A stretch of DNA of 64,000 nt from an uncultured Alphaproteobacteria bacterium (GCA_947588655.1 CANPYS010000003.1:11904-75903); one strand, 5' to 3'. Positions 39,601 through 47,331 are shown, counted from the first letter of the stretch. The notes: generated by a model from the sequence alone, not told the origin. Numbers and translations are program-made.

Positions 39601-41515
39601 AACCGGAAAAAGCGCCTTAAGCCAAGATTTGGATATGTTTGACGCTGAACAAAAAAAATATGCGGGCATTGCCGCTGATAGCGATAGTATAAGCGAAAAG
39701 CTTGAAAAGGCTTTAAGCGGCACAAAGAACAACGCGCAAAGCGTGACACATTACATCAATACGGAGCTTGATAAAAAGGTTGTTATTGAATGGAGTGGCT
39801 TAACCAACCCCAAAGAACGGAATCCAAAATACCAAAAATGGCAACAATTCAAGCGTACATTTACAAAAGATCAGCTCATTGATATTTATATGAAGTCTTT
39901 AGATGATGATACGCGCAATATTATGATTAATGATCCGGTTAATCAATACAACGAGGCTTTTTTGAGGCAGGTAAAAGACGAATTGACCACCGATGATTTG
40001 GCGGTTGCTGATGCTATTTTTGCCTTTTACAACGAAAACTATACGCGGTTTAACGCGTTCTATGAAGAGCATTTTGGCATGAGCTTGCCTAAGTCAAAAT
40101 ATTATACACCGCGTGCAATGAGCGTTGACGGCGTAAGTATTGACGACAAAACCACTCACGGCTATGCTAGCTTTAGCGGTGCAAAAAAACGTGTGGCGGT
40201 GGCTGGTACTGGCGTGATCAATATTCAAGGCGCGTTTAGAGCATTAAACAAATATATCAACCAACAAAACCATTATATGGGCTATATGGATAAGCTAACG
40301 GATATTAACGCCGTGCTAGCGAACAAAGAAATTAAAAACACCATTAACTCTTTGTTCGGCGCTGAAATGAACAAACGTATACAATACGAGATCAACAATC
40401 TCGCAAACAATGGAAACGATAAAGTTGACTCTTGGGGCAAGTTTTGGAATAAATTGCGTGCAAATTATGCAAAATCTGTGCTTGCGGCTAAACCTAGCTT
40501 GACAATAAAACAGCTTACCTCTTTTCCTGCATATTGGGAAAATATGGAAACGATAGATTTTGTTACTGGTGTTGCTGACTTTTTTGCACACCCTAAAGAG
40601 GCAATACAAATATTAGGTAGCACAACCTTAATGAAAACACGCGGAACGGATATTATCCGAGATTTTGACCAAATAAGCAAAAGCGATTTGTTCTCAAAAA
40701 TGAAAAAAGCCAAAGGCAAAATAAAATGGAATGATTTGCTCATGTTTAATATTAAATTCGGCGATAGGGGCGCAATTTATATGGGCGGTTGGGCGTTATA
40801 TAAAGCGGAGCTTAATAAAAACCTAAAAGCCGGCATGAGTGAGCAAGAGGCAAAGGCGCAAGCGTTGGCTACGTTTGAGCGTGTGACTGATGAAACGCAA
40901 CAATCGGGGCGGTTAAGCCAACAAAGCTTTATGCAAAGCAATTCCGCTCTACGTGCGTTTACAATGTTTACAAGCTCTCAAAACCAGTATTTGCGCAAGG
41001 AAATTAACGCAATTCGTGGCTTGGTAACCGGCAGAATGAGTAAGACAAAGGCGGCTAAAACTATATTTATTTATCACGTTTTGTTGCCCGTGTTCTTCCA
41101 AGTCGTAAGCGATGGCTTTAGATGGGATAAAGATAATGACATACGCGCCGCCGTTCTTGGTTCGCTTAATGGTTGGTTTATCTTGAATAAGGTTCTTGAA
41201 AATGTTTATAATTGGCTTACAGACAATGGCAATATGTTCAAAACCCGCATGTCTGTCCGTGATTTAGTGCCGTTTTGGGGTTCAGTTGAGGATTTGAAAA
41301 ACGATGTGCTTAAATTTGCCGATGACGAAATGGAGCTTGAAGATATGCTTGATGTCATTAAACCGCTTGGCGAAGTAACCGGTTTACCGCTAAAATATGC
41401 CAAAGACGTTATTGAAAACGCTGGCGAATATGCAGATGATGGGGAATATTTTAAGGAGGGCTTGTTATGGCTTGGTTGGAGTCCATATTCTTTAAGAGAT
41501 TTGGGCGACGAGTGA
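33632..41515 (+). CDS. giant polyvalent internal-virion (ejection) protein, 2627 aa
   Basis: A single uninterrupted ORF. It contains an HExxH zincin motif (VIHELGHFF, nt about 38455-38469) and an H-G-T/aromatic/E region (VVYHGTRAKFSTFD...GFWFS...IIIEDTEYD, nt about 36950-37560) that resembles H-Y-E ADP-ribosyltransferases. Gly-rich hydrophobic segments lie near the N-terminus. No Walker A or SLT motif is present. Confidence 0.7.
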   Translation: MAWEIENTVATDNEENKNIQPQWEIEDVQPITQSVMDAETKQMYNVPLGMDGTDAKFAIDTQHGGKDKGSFLGKVWTGIDTLGSHIERGFQDFDRAVVEHAGQLVDSLVLDKGLRYQKRLKLVEDWENGDWSYFGNRELTDEEKQGVISRQKEQIAYIQNLRERTQKFFNKGAQIMRPDEKMNNVDKFLVAASSGVISLGEAAAVFMATKNPVLAAATIGTSFASLKDTEYFDKAIAAGESANDASTDATVAGAIEGGLEFVGDRLLFGIAKFKPIQELGNKVIQSSITKTLQSKIGRSALGKIASRHPQSIFGAAVKGGFTEGGEEFMQEGAGMLWENYTGVSSYGMDEILSQSLFAFAAGSIPGAGMGGIGTSIYNQKITKDNNSIKNILKENTPELTDEELQVVADNVQEALLQQGAAYDDQITNLLRKESEIDVMPDGLTAESLTADTRNMLKEKYGMSDEDINKTIDIAANYIDARNGFNETYNEYFDKMDTAGYDRSVADNAARVLAARAVAIARAEGVSTEEVRKRWNLNLTRQTYEDFKNGVPVADNYAQRQQQINDIMGVVPDNWTDEQKKALRKGIAARARYGDLDAANFNAETAKQWFESKGADESIKDINKRVQTIMGVLNFKEELETVKKSKRINPQDINPFEALVNDKLYNKIAKIDKENRGDSLITFIVKRGGLKDVGGELKAKDAQKQRVGLINNKSGNDFDDMALIAWEHGYFPAKTERPTIQDLLDAIDDELFGKKRYQYQDGISQSMTEYVDSLAEQMDMLGVDYAGMSAEEAEAAYYKAAEEYKKNARQYESDYGDNGVNFDDDLPLFQESAELADKISKIDAERLAFERKDINPELKGRENEKVKAVKINRFFSDRAESKDISLDDIIAAIDTKVNKNAKGTRILKNSHTGEVVTLSGRAIGKMFNTTRDRLDNQNIGGVLGKECIANIADIFDSAMLIKTTNDERHDTNNKILRYANAVESDCENFIVKITVKEMANNRKELTDIEIENNNGRDLAAYDLKVGRKNTVEGNSSTDKSVASLNGNAIIINDLIEFVNTYTTKTININGKERMTTNSEGNRIAKTEEGLRAFYEWFGDSKVVDDQGRPSVVYHGTRAKFSTFDKGKKGEASSVSRVGFWFSPSEEFGRNFAEDAWYGEEDVIVMPVYLNLKNPKIYKPGQATETEQKKARKAFDKAQNKLEEAVKEEKRILEKEGLYASWKYKDKVNIDKIREDFEYALSELHATQKKDSYEKFKMDIYRVGGQKPTDATVGGLGMALDDYNAPEKYADMLKEQGYDGIIIEDTEYDAGNITNAETNTQYVIFESNQAKSTENIGTYSRTNNNIYYQSAFAASRVDYEAPSLEAIGTGTDAQTHGYGLYYALNRNIAENYREGFIQDEYNEEVREKIKELGKEEAIKYFKQKAEEAKINKSLYKGDIQYQIKEQEEKKYNIMSDMAKTGAEGQIHEVDIPENPYLLDEQLPFEEQSDYVKERLERINKESEAKGFLDTLRSYDRTIDGYDIYYKISQYVNGDKEASALLERYGIKGITYFGKKDGKCFVIFNPADIRVIQKFYQETLGNNTPPRGAFVERGDENIIYAFEGADASTVIHELGHFFLRDMQKFSDNEKTAEQLAEVYKYLGAENGELTREQEEKFADTFEVYLLDGRAPNQVLRGVFARFKKWISSLWYEVKRLKGINLTNEVRTTFDDMLGGKGLDFAMRASTLKMGQMLERGNISQWQINRAMQMLYDGKMSKADLQNLIQKLRNGMKNKEFVEALKEFENKPAKGNKELLTEWDYTVLRNQLDGLNFNRDNVKTRIEKLLKWSEPRTSGGKLVGRFPNKQLNDAFARYRELVTMNKDEARQKLQENVELIEDQMRSGGDVDIEQLIFENRLLSYNLNKISNSELLKLYDGLAESYNIGRLTDKITGDAKRERKKQMIERAKAVLTNYGAINPNVERSEIKKRLARFGLSQQSWGGLLDTLSMNDTRSQTGKSALSQDLDMFDAEQKKYAGIAADSDSISEKLEKALSGTKNNAQSVTHYINTELDKKVVIEWSGLTNPKERNPKYQKWQQFKRTFTKDQLIDIYMKSLDDDTRNIMINDPVNQYNEAFLRQVKDELTTDDLAVADAIFAFYNENYTRFNAFYEEHFGMSLPKSKYYTPRAMSVDGVSIDDKTTHGYASFSGAKKRVAVAGTGVINIQGAFRALNKYINQQNHYMGYMDKLTDINAVLANKEIKNTINSLFGAEMNKRIQYEINNLANNGNDKVDSWGKFWNKLRANYAKSVLAAKPSLTIKQLTSFPAYWENMETIDFVTGVADFFAHPKEAIQILGSTTLMKTRGTDIIRDFDQISKSDLFSKMKKAKGKIKWNDLLMFNIKFGDRGAIYMGGWALYKAELNKNLKAGMSEQEAKAQALATFERVTDETQQSGRLSQQSFMQSNSALRAFTMFTSSQNQYLRKEINAIRGLVTGRMSKTKAAKTIFIYHVLLPVFFQVVSDGFRWDKDNDIRAAVLGSLNGWFILNKVLENVYNWLTDNGNMFKTRMSVRDLVPFWGSVEDLKNDVLKFADDEMELEDMLDVIKPLGEVTGLPLKYAKDVIENAGEYADDGEYFKEGLLWLGWSPYSLRDLGDE

Positions 41516-41605
41516 AAAATAAAACAAAGTTTTTATTGACATTGTATTCCTGATGTAATACAATGTATGTATAAACGATGTAAAAATAATTTTAAGGAGG
41601 AAGAT

Positions 41606-41881
41606 ATGCTATCCGTTATTCAAACTAGGATTGATGCAGAAAGTCGCAAGCGCGCCGAAGATATTGTCGGGCGAATGGGTATGAATTTATCTGATGCGAT
41701 TAGAATATTCATTTATCAAGTCATTAACGAAAGAGCCTTACCTTTTAAGCCATGCGTTGGAGAAGATCCTACTGAAGAGCTTAAAAAAGATCTTATTGAA
41801 GTAGAGGATGACTTGAAAAATGATCGTTTAGCGTCTTTTAATGATGTTGGCGCGCTTATGTCCTATCTCAATAAGGAGTAG
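41606..41881 (+). CDS. dinJ: DinJ/RelB-family antitoxin
   Basis: 91 aa. RIDAESRKRAEDIVGRMGMNLSDAIRIFIYQVINERALPFKP matches the DinJ N-terminal ribbon-helix-helix. RBS AAGGAGGAAG. Confidence 0.8.
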   Translation: MLSVIQTRIDAESRKRAEDIVGRMGMNLSDAIRIFIYQVINERALPFKPCVGEDPTEELKKDLIEVEDDLKNDRLASFNDVGALMSYLNKE

Positions 41882-41885
41882 TATA

Positions 41886-42158
41886 ATGTATGTACTAAAA
41901 CTTTCTAAGCGATTTAGGAGGGATTATAGACTGTGTGTTCGGCGCGGACTTGACGCTAAAAAGCTTGAAATCGTGTTAAACCTTTTGGCGGCCGGAAGTG
42001 AGTTGCCACCGCAATATAAGGATCATCCGCTAAAAAATGAGTTAAAGGGTTATCGCGATTTACATATTGATCCCGATTGGCTCTTAATATATAAATATTG
42101 CGACGATTCGATCATACTTCTATTTGCAACAGGTACTCATTCGGATCTGTTTAAATAG
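41886..42158 (+). CDS. yafQ: YafQ-family (RelE-fold) mRNA interferase toxin
   Basis: 90 aa. YKDHPLKNELKGYRDLHIDPDWLLIYKY...LLFATGTHSDLF matches YafQ. RBS AAGGAG lies 5 bp after the dinJ stop. Confidence 0.8.
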   Translation: MYVLKLSKRFRRDYRLCVRRGLDAKKLEIVLNLLAAGSELPPQYKDHPLKNELKGYRDLHIDPDWLLIYKYCDDSIILLFATGTHSDLFK

Positions 42159-42262
42159 TTTTTAAAAGCGCAAACTTTGCGCTCAATTATTATAAATGAA
42201 ACAAAAAAAGAAAACCACGCGTTTAACGCGTGGTTTTTCGTTACAACAATTAGCAGTTCAAG

Positions 42263-44956
42263 ATGGACTGCTTTATTTTTAAGAAAGGTAAAACCATGAC
42301 AATTACTGCAAGTATGCCCGCCAAGGCTGTCTATCTAGGCGATGGCGTTACTGTTAATTTTCCAGTTCCGTTTATTTATTTTGAAAATTTGGACGGAACA
42401 AAACAAATTAAAGTCGTTCTCGCTGATGAAAATGGCGAAAACGAGGTTGTACAGGAAGAGAATATAAATTTTACCATTACAGCGTCTGGTCAAATTAACG
42501 GTACGCTGACAATGAACACACCTCCTCCTGCTAATTATATTTTGACAATTCTATATGATATACCGATTGAACAGCTGACGGACTGGAAAGAGTTCGGTAG
42601 ATTGCCTAGCGAGAGTATTGAAAAGGCTGTTGATAAATTGACGGCTATTATTAAACAAATTTATGAAGTATTAGATCGGTGTGTTAAGGTTACAATCAGT
42701 GGCAAGCAAACGCCTGAAGAGCTTCTTGCGACTGTTTATGATAAATTGGACAGCGCAACAGAGGTTGCAAAACAGGCTTCAAGCGCCGCCGAAAAAGCAA
42801 CCGCCGCCGCGGATAACGCGACAAATGCGGCGGCTAATGCCGTGCAAGCGGCGGAAACGGCTGTGCAAGATATTGAAAACGCTGTTGCCGGCGCTAAAGA
42901 CGATATTGCCGAAACCCTCCAACAGTCTGAGGCAAGCATTCAAGAAACGATTGCGTCGGCTATTGAGGATGTTAAAGGCGCGGCGACTGCCGCCGCACAA
43001 GAAATTGTGGATAATGCCGCCGAAAGCGCCACGGAAACGGCAAAAAGCAACCTTAATGCGTATGTTGATGAAACGGTTGAGCCGTCCTTGCAGAAATACG
43101 TTGATGCCGCCGTCGCTTCCGCCGAGGAGGCTCATAGTTACGAAAGCTTGGCAGAACAGAAGATTGAGGAGTTTAAGACATTATACGAAACTTCAACGTC
43201 TGAATTTGAAACGCTATACAGCACTTCAACATCTGAATTTGATACAAACGCGCAGGCTCAAACATCTGATTTTAACGCCAATGCCGCAGAGAAGCAAGCG
43301 GCGGTTGATAAATCAGCCGAGGCGGCGGCAAATAGCGCCACAGCCGCTGAAAAATCCAAACAGGACGCGGCGGCGAAAGCAGATGCCGCTGCGACATCAG
43401 AAACAAACGCAAAAAAAAGCGAACTGCTAGCCGCCGCGCTTGCAGAACGCGTGAGAAGTGAGGGAATTCCAATGAGCATTATTGAACACAAAAGAATTGA
43501 GAAGTCGGGGAACACCGTTAAATTGTACTGGCAAGATCCGCGCAACACGATTATTGACGGATATACACTTGCGAGTTGGAAGTCAACGACAATCGTTAAG
43601 AAACAAGGGACATACCCCGAAGACGTTGACGATGGCGAGATTGTAGCCATTGTAACAGAACGTAATAGATATTTAGACACGCCGCTTGAAGACACACAAG
43701 AGGATGCCGCAAATTGGTATTATCGGGCGTTTCCGTTGTCTGTTAATGGTGTGTATTGCCTTGACAAGCGCAACTGCTTTGGCGTTGTGTTATATGGTTA
43801 CCGCATTAACGAGATTGATCAAGTGCCGTCTACGCGCGTGGAATATTTGCCGTATTGCGATAATTATTTCTATGATCCGTGTTCTATGGATCATATTGCT
43901 GATACGTTCAGTTGGGGAAGTTGGGAAAGGGCTTTCTTCGTTCCAAAGCCGTGCGCTTTGAAATACAACGGCGAAGTTGATTATTATCTTGATGTGCATG
44001 ATTTTACTAAAAAGGCAGACGGTAGTGCTTCGGATGTGAGTAGCTTTGACTATGGCGGAAACTTCATGTGTGAATTTCCCAAGATTTTCGTTAAGTTTTG
44101 GCGCGAAAACAACTATATTTATGTCCTTGTATCAAATACAAAGCTTGATGATGGCTTTGAGTGTTACGCATGCAAGAAATCCGACGGAAGCTATGCTGAA
44201 CATTTTTATTTGCCAATGTTTGAGGGTACAAAAGATACCGATAACCGTCTACGTTCAATCGCCACAAATACAGTGCCAACGGCTTCAACGAACGCCGAAA
44301 CCGAAGCAACCTATGCAATGGCAAACGGTACGGGTTGGAACACTACATTGTGGGCAGATGAAATGTTGATGATCTTATTATTCCCGCTGTTATTCAAGTC
44401 CACAGATAGCCAAGTTGCGTTGGGTTATGGCGCAAGCGGCTCATCTAGTGGCTTAACGTGTAGAAACGATGCGGCGTTGGCAAAAGGCATGATGTATGGC
44501 ACGGCAAGCGGCAATGCCGCCGGCATGACGTATCTCGGATTGCATAACTGGTGGGCGCACCGGTGGCGCCGATGCAACGGCTTAATGAATAATAAAGGAA
44601 CGATTTACGTTAAAATGACACCGTCAACGATTGACGGCAGTTCTACGGACGGTTTTAACCGCACTGGCGAGGGATATATCAACACAGGGCATTTGATGCC
44701 CGCTTGCGAAAACTCGTACTACAGGCGTTATTTACCGGTCGGAAAATATGGCTTAATGCCGCAGACTGTTTCAGGCAGTAGCACGACGTATTATTGCGAT
44801 GCCGGTTGGGCGAACAACGGTCAACTTGATCAGCTTCTCCTGGGCGGCTCTGTTAATAACGGCACGTCCGGTGGGGTGTTTTGCTTTCACGTTAACGGCG
44901 CACCTTCGATCACGAATTGGAGCTTCGGCGCTTCGCCCTCTTATCATCCCCTTTAA
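42263..44956 (+). CDS. tail fiber protein with C-terminal C-type-lectin-fold DGR variable region
   Basis: 897 aa. The middle is an Ala-rich coiled-coil. The C-terminus GWANNGQLDQLLLGGSVNNGTSGGVFCFHVNGAPSITNWSFGASP is CLec/FGE-like. An alternative start at 42296 (MTITAS) has a better RBS. Confidence 0.75.
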   Translation: MDCFIFKKGKTMTITASMPAKAVYLGDGVTVNFPVPFIYFENLDGTKQIKVVLADENGENEVVQEENINFTITASGQINGTLTMNTPPPANYILTILYDIPIEQLTDWKEFGRLPSESIEKAVDKLTAIIKQIYEVLDRCVKVTISGKQTPEELLATVYDKLDSATEVAKQASSAAEKATAAADNATNAAANAVQAAETAVQDIENAVAGAKDDIAETLQQSEASIQETIASAIEDVKGAATAAAQEIVDNAAESATETAKSNLNAYVDETVEPSLQKYVDAAVASAEEAHSYESLAEQKIEEFKTLYETSTSEFETLYSTSTSEFDTNAQAQTSDFNANAAEKQAAVDKSAEAAANSATAAEKSKQDAAAKADAAATSETNAKKSELLAAALAERVRSEGIPMSIIEHKRIEKSGNTVKLYWQDPRNTIIDGYTLASWKSTTIVKKQGTYPEDVDDGEIVAIVTERNRYLDTPLEDTQEDAANWYYRAFPLSVNGVYCLDKRNCFGVVLYGYRINEIDQVPSTRVEYLPYCDNYFYDPCSMDHIADTFSWGSWERAFFVPKPCALKYNGEVDYYLDVHDFTKKADGSASDVSSFDYGGNFMCEFPKIFVKFWRENNYIYVLVSNTKLDDGFECYACKKSDGSYAEHFYLPMFEGTKDTDNRLRSIATNTVPTASTNAETEATYAMANGTGWNTTLWADEMLMILLFPLLFKSTDSQVALGYGASGSSSGLTCRNDAALAKGMMYGTASGNAAGMTYLGLHNWWAHRWRRCNGLMNNKGTIYVKMTPSTIDGSSTDGFNRTGEGYINTGHLMPACENSYYRRYLPVGKYGLMPQTVSGSSTTYYCDAGWANNGQLDQLLLGGSVNNGTSGGVFCFHVNGAPSITNWSFGASPSYHPL
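44833..44937 (+). repeat. DGR variable repeat (VR)
   Basis: A 105-bp match to 45107-45211 with 8 mismatches, every one at a position that is A in the downstream copy. Confidence 0.9.
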
Positions 44957-45011
44957 GGGGGTTTGCAAAGGGGGAGCAATCCCCCTTGCATTACGTTTCG
45001 GCGAAGCCGAA
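44947..45011 (+). promoter_or_regulatory. hairpin cluster 3' of VR (putative DGR target-recognition / IMH-associated structure)
   Basis: Three consecutive stem-loops: CCCCT-TTA-AGGGG, then TGCAAAGGGGGA-GCAA-TCCCCCTTGCA (GNRA loop), then TTCGGC-GAA-GCCGAA. Confidence 0.5.
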
Positions 45012-45106
45012 TCTGTATTTTTAAAAAATTAAGAACTTGTTAAAACATTGGTTTTAATTTGATTACGGGATTGAATGGGCGATTTGTCGGGCGCTGTTCC
45101 CTCGTG

Positions 45107-45211
45107 GCTTCTCCTGGGCGGCTCTGTTAATAACGGCACGTCCGGTGGGGTGTTTTGCTTTAACGTTAACAACGCACCTACGAACACGAATTGGAACAAC
45201 GGCGCTTCGCC
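45107..45211 (+). repeat. DGR template repeat (TR)
   Basis: Noncoding copy of VR. It contains in-register AAC codons (TTT AAC GTT AAC AAC ... AAC ACG AAT TGG AAC AAC). Confidence 0.9.
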
Positions 45212-45336
45212 AACCTTATAGCACAGGTAAAAAGCTCTAAAATGCCCTATCAGTTCCGCGCTAGGTATGGCGAAAATTAAGCTGTAAAAGGCACGGATTA
45301 GTAAGCGCAAGCCTAAAGTCCGTGAAGCTATAAGAG

Positions 45337-46488
45337 ATGAAGACATACAACGGATTGTTTGATAAAATTGTTGACGAAGACAATATTCAGAAAGCCATCT
45401 TAAAGGCTTCGCTCGGCAAACGAAAGAAAGCAAGCGTCCGGCGTACGCTGTGTAATATCTCTGAAATAGCGCACAAATTGAGCCAAGAGCTTAAAACTGA
45501 TACTTGGCGACCGGTTGAAGCACACCAAACAACGCAGATTAATGACGGTGTTGAGCTTAAAAAACGGTATATTGTTTGCCCGAATTTTGCGAGTGAACAA
45601 TGCGTGCATCACGCAATCATGAATATATGCGAGCCGCTGTTTCGCAAGAAGTTTTACCAGTACTCATGCGGAAGTGTCAAAGGGCATGGTGGCGATCAGG
45701 CTAAAAAGTACATTGAAAAGATATTGAAAAAATATCCGGCTAAAACAAAATATGTTGCAAAGCTTGATATTAAGAAATTCTTTGCCAATGCCAAGCCGAG
45801 TTTTATATTTCATGAAGTCAGGCGCACTATTCGCGATCGGCGGGTACTTAGGCTGTTTGCGTTGATTTTGCGCGCAAATAAACAAATTGTAGATGGCAAG
45901 GTAATAAAAGGCGGCATTCCAATTGGGTTTTATACTAGTCCGATATTTGCCAATATCTTACTCAATCCCCTTGATCACTACATTAAAGAAGTACTTGGCA
46001 TTGAATATTATGTGCGGTACATGGACGATATAATAATGTTTAGCCCGAATCGCCGCAAGCTCAAACGTGCTTGCCTATCAATCAGGGAATGGTTAGAGAC
46101 TCGCAAGCTTCAGCTCAAACCGATATGGCAGGTTCACCGGATGACAAGTGTTAATTTTATTGGGTATCAATTTAAGAAGAGTGGTCTTATTCGTATTCGC
46201 GATAGGATATTCTTAAAATCCGTTCGCTGTGTGCGCCGTGTGGCGCGCAAAAAGGCGGAAAGGCGTATGACAATACATGATTGTCTGCGCATCTTAAGCT
46301 ATATGGGGCGTTTCAAGAACGCCCAAACATATAGCGCATTTCGGCGGTATATTTCCCCGCTGATTAATATACGCGAAATGCGCAAGCGTGTTTCGCGGCA
46401 CTTCAAAAAACTGGCAAAAACGCAAAAAGAAAGGATGGGTAACAAATATGATATGGCGACATGCAGAGGGCAACCAGCGACCGCGTGA
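45337..46488 (+). CDS. DGR reverse transcriptase
   Basis: 383 aa with RT motifs IPIGFYTSPIFANILLNPLD and YVRYMDDIIMF (YxDD). The N-terminal LFDKIVDEDNIQKAILKASLGKRKK is typical of DGR RTs. Confidence 0.9.
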   Translation: MKTYNGLFDKIVDEDNIQKAILKASLGKRKKASVRRTLCNISEIAHKLSQELKTDTWRPVEAHQTTQINDGVELKKRYIVCPNFASEQCVHHAIMNICEPLFRKKFYQYSCGSVKGHGGDQAKKYIEKILKKYPAKTKYVAKLDIKKFFANAKPSFIFHEVRRTIRDRRVLRLFALILRANKQIVDGKVIKGGIPIGFYTSPIFANILLNPLDHYIKEVLGIEYYVRYMDDIIMFSPNRRKLKRACLSIREWLETRKLQLKPIWQVHRMTSVNFIGYQFKKSGLIRIRDRIFLKSVRCVRRVARKKAERRMTIHDCLRILSYMGRFKNAQTYSAFRRYISPLINIREMRKRVSRHFKKLAKTQKERMGNKYDMATCRGQPATA

Positions 46489-46516
46489 TGTGGAAGCTAT
46501 TGCCGGCGGACGTTAT

Positions 46517-46714
46517 ATGATCCGCCAAAACATCAAAAAAGAAAGCCGCACCGATGCAAACGGGGCGGCTTTTGAATTATGGACGTACGATGAAGCAGTG
46601 GCTTCAACTGCCGAATATGCGGCATATTATGCCGTTCAAACGGCTGAACTAAAGCGCGAAGCTGAAATCGTTGACGATTATACATTAAAATTAATTGAGG
46701 AGGGAACGTTATGA
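46517..46714 (+). CDS. hypothetical small protein
   Basis: 65 aa from an internal Met of the listed ORF. Its stop overlaps the next start (ATGA). Confidence 0.3.
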   Translation: MIRQNIKKESRTDANGAAFELWTYDEAVASTAEYAAYYAVQTAELKREAEIVDDYTLKLIEEGTL

Positions 46715-46854
46715 GAGCGATTGTTGAAAGCCTTAAACGGCTATATGAAGCGGGGCGATTAACGCGGGCGCAGTTGTTGGAACGTGTTGACAAGGGAACA
46801 ATAACCGTTGCCGAGCATGAACAAATTGTTGGCGAAGAGGAGCAAGGGGCATAA
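46711..46854 (+). CDS. XkdX-family small phage protein
   Basis: 47 aa (MRAIVESLKRLYEAGRLTRAQLLERVDKGTITVAEHEQIVGEE). It is not in the ORF track, which lists only ORFs of 60 aa or more. A GGGGC/GCCCC terminator hairpin follows. Confidence 0.5.
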   Translation: MRAIVESLKRLYEAGRLTRAQLLERVDKGTITVAEHEQIVGEEEQGA

Positions 46855-46893
46855 AGCCCCTTGTTCTTTATTATTTATAAAGGGGAAGAAGCG

Positions 46894-47331
46894 ATGAACA
46901 ATCAAAATGATATTGAAACGCTTGCGCGCACTCTGTATGGTGAGGCACGCGGCGAAAGCAGACAGGGCAAGATAGCTGTTGCTTGCGTTGTCTTAAACCG
47001 TGTCCGGCGGCACAAAATGTGCGGTTGGCGAGATATTGGCGGTTATAAGGTCGCAACCGTTGCGGCAACATGCCTTAAACCTTTTCAATTCAGCTGTTGG
47101 AATAAAAATGATCCAAATCGGAAGAAGATTATCAATGTGACAATGGATGATAAAAAGTTTGCTGAGTGTTATGAGATTGCGCAAGGGGTTTGCGATGGCT
47201 CTATTGAGGATGTTGTCCAAGGTGCTACACATTATTATAACCCAAAGGCTTGCGCGCAACCAAATTGGGCAAAAGGCAAGACACCGTGCGCGCACATTGG
47301 CAACCACCTATTTTTTAATAATATTGATTAA
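46894..47331 (+). CDS. endolysin, SleB/CwlJ-type cell-wall hydrolase
   Basis: 145 aa. LARTLYGEARGE and VACVVLNRV are SleB (Hydrolase_2) signatures. RBS AAGGGGAAG. Confidence 0.8.
   Translation: MNNQNDIETLARTLYGEARGESRQGKIAVACVVLNRVRRHKMCGWRDIGGYKVATVAATCLKPFQFSCWNKNDPNRKKIINVTMDDKKFAECYEIAQGVCDGSIEDVVQGATHYYNPKACAQPNWAKGKTPCAHIGNHLFFNNID

Noticed and set aside
42681-43430. 249-aa Arg/Lys-rich ORF in an alternative frame within the tail fiber gene
   Set aside because: It is an artefact of the GC- and Ala-rich coiled-coil coding region (GCN codons read out of frame). It has no start context.
45029-45433. 134-aa minus-strand ORF between VR and RT as candidate Avd
   Set aside because: It is on the wrong strand relative to the cassette, overlaps TR and the RT start, and is neither helical nor basic.
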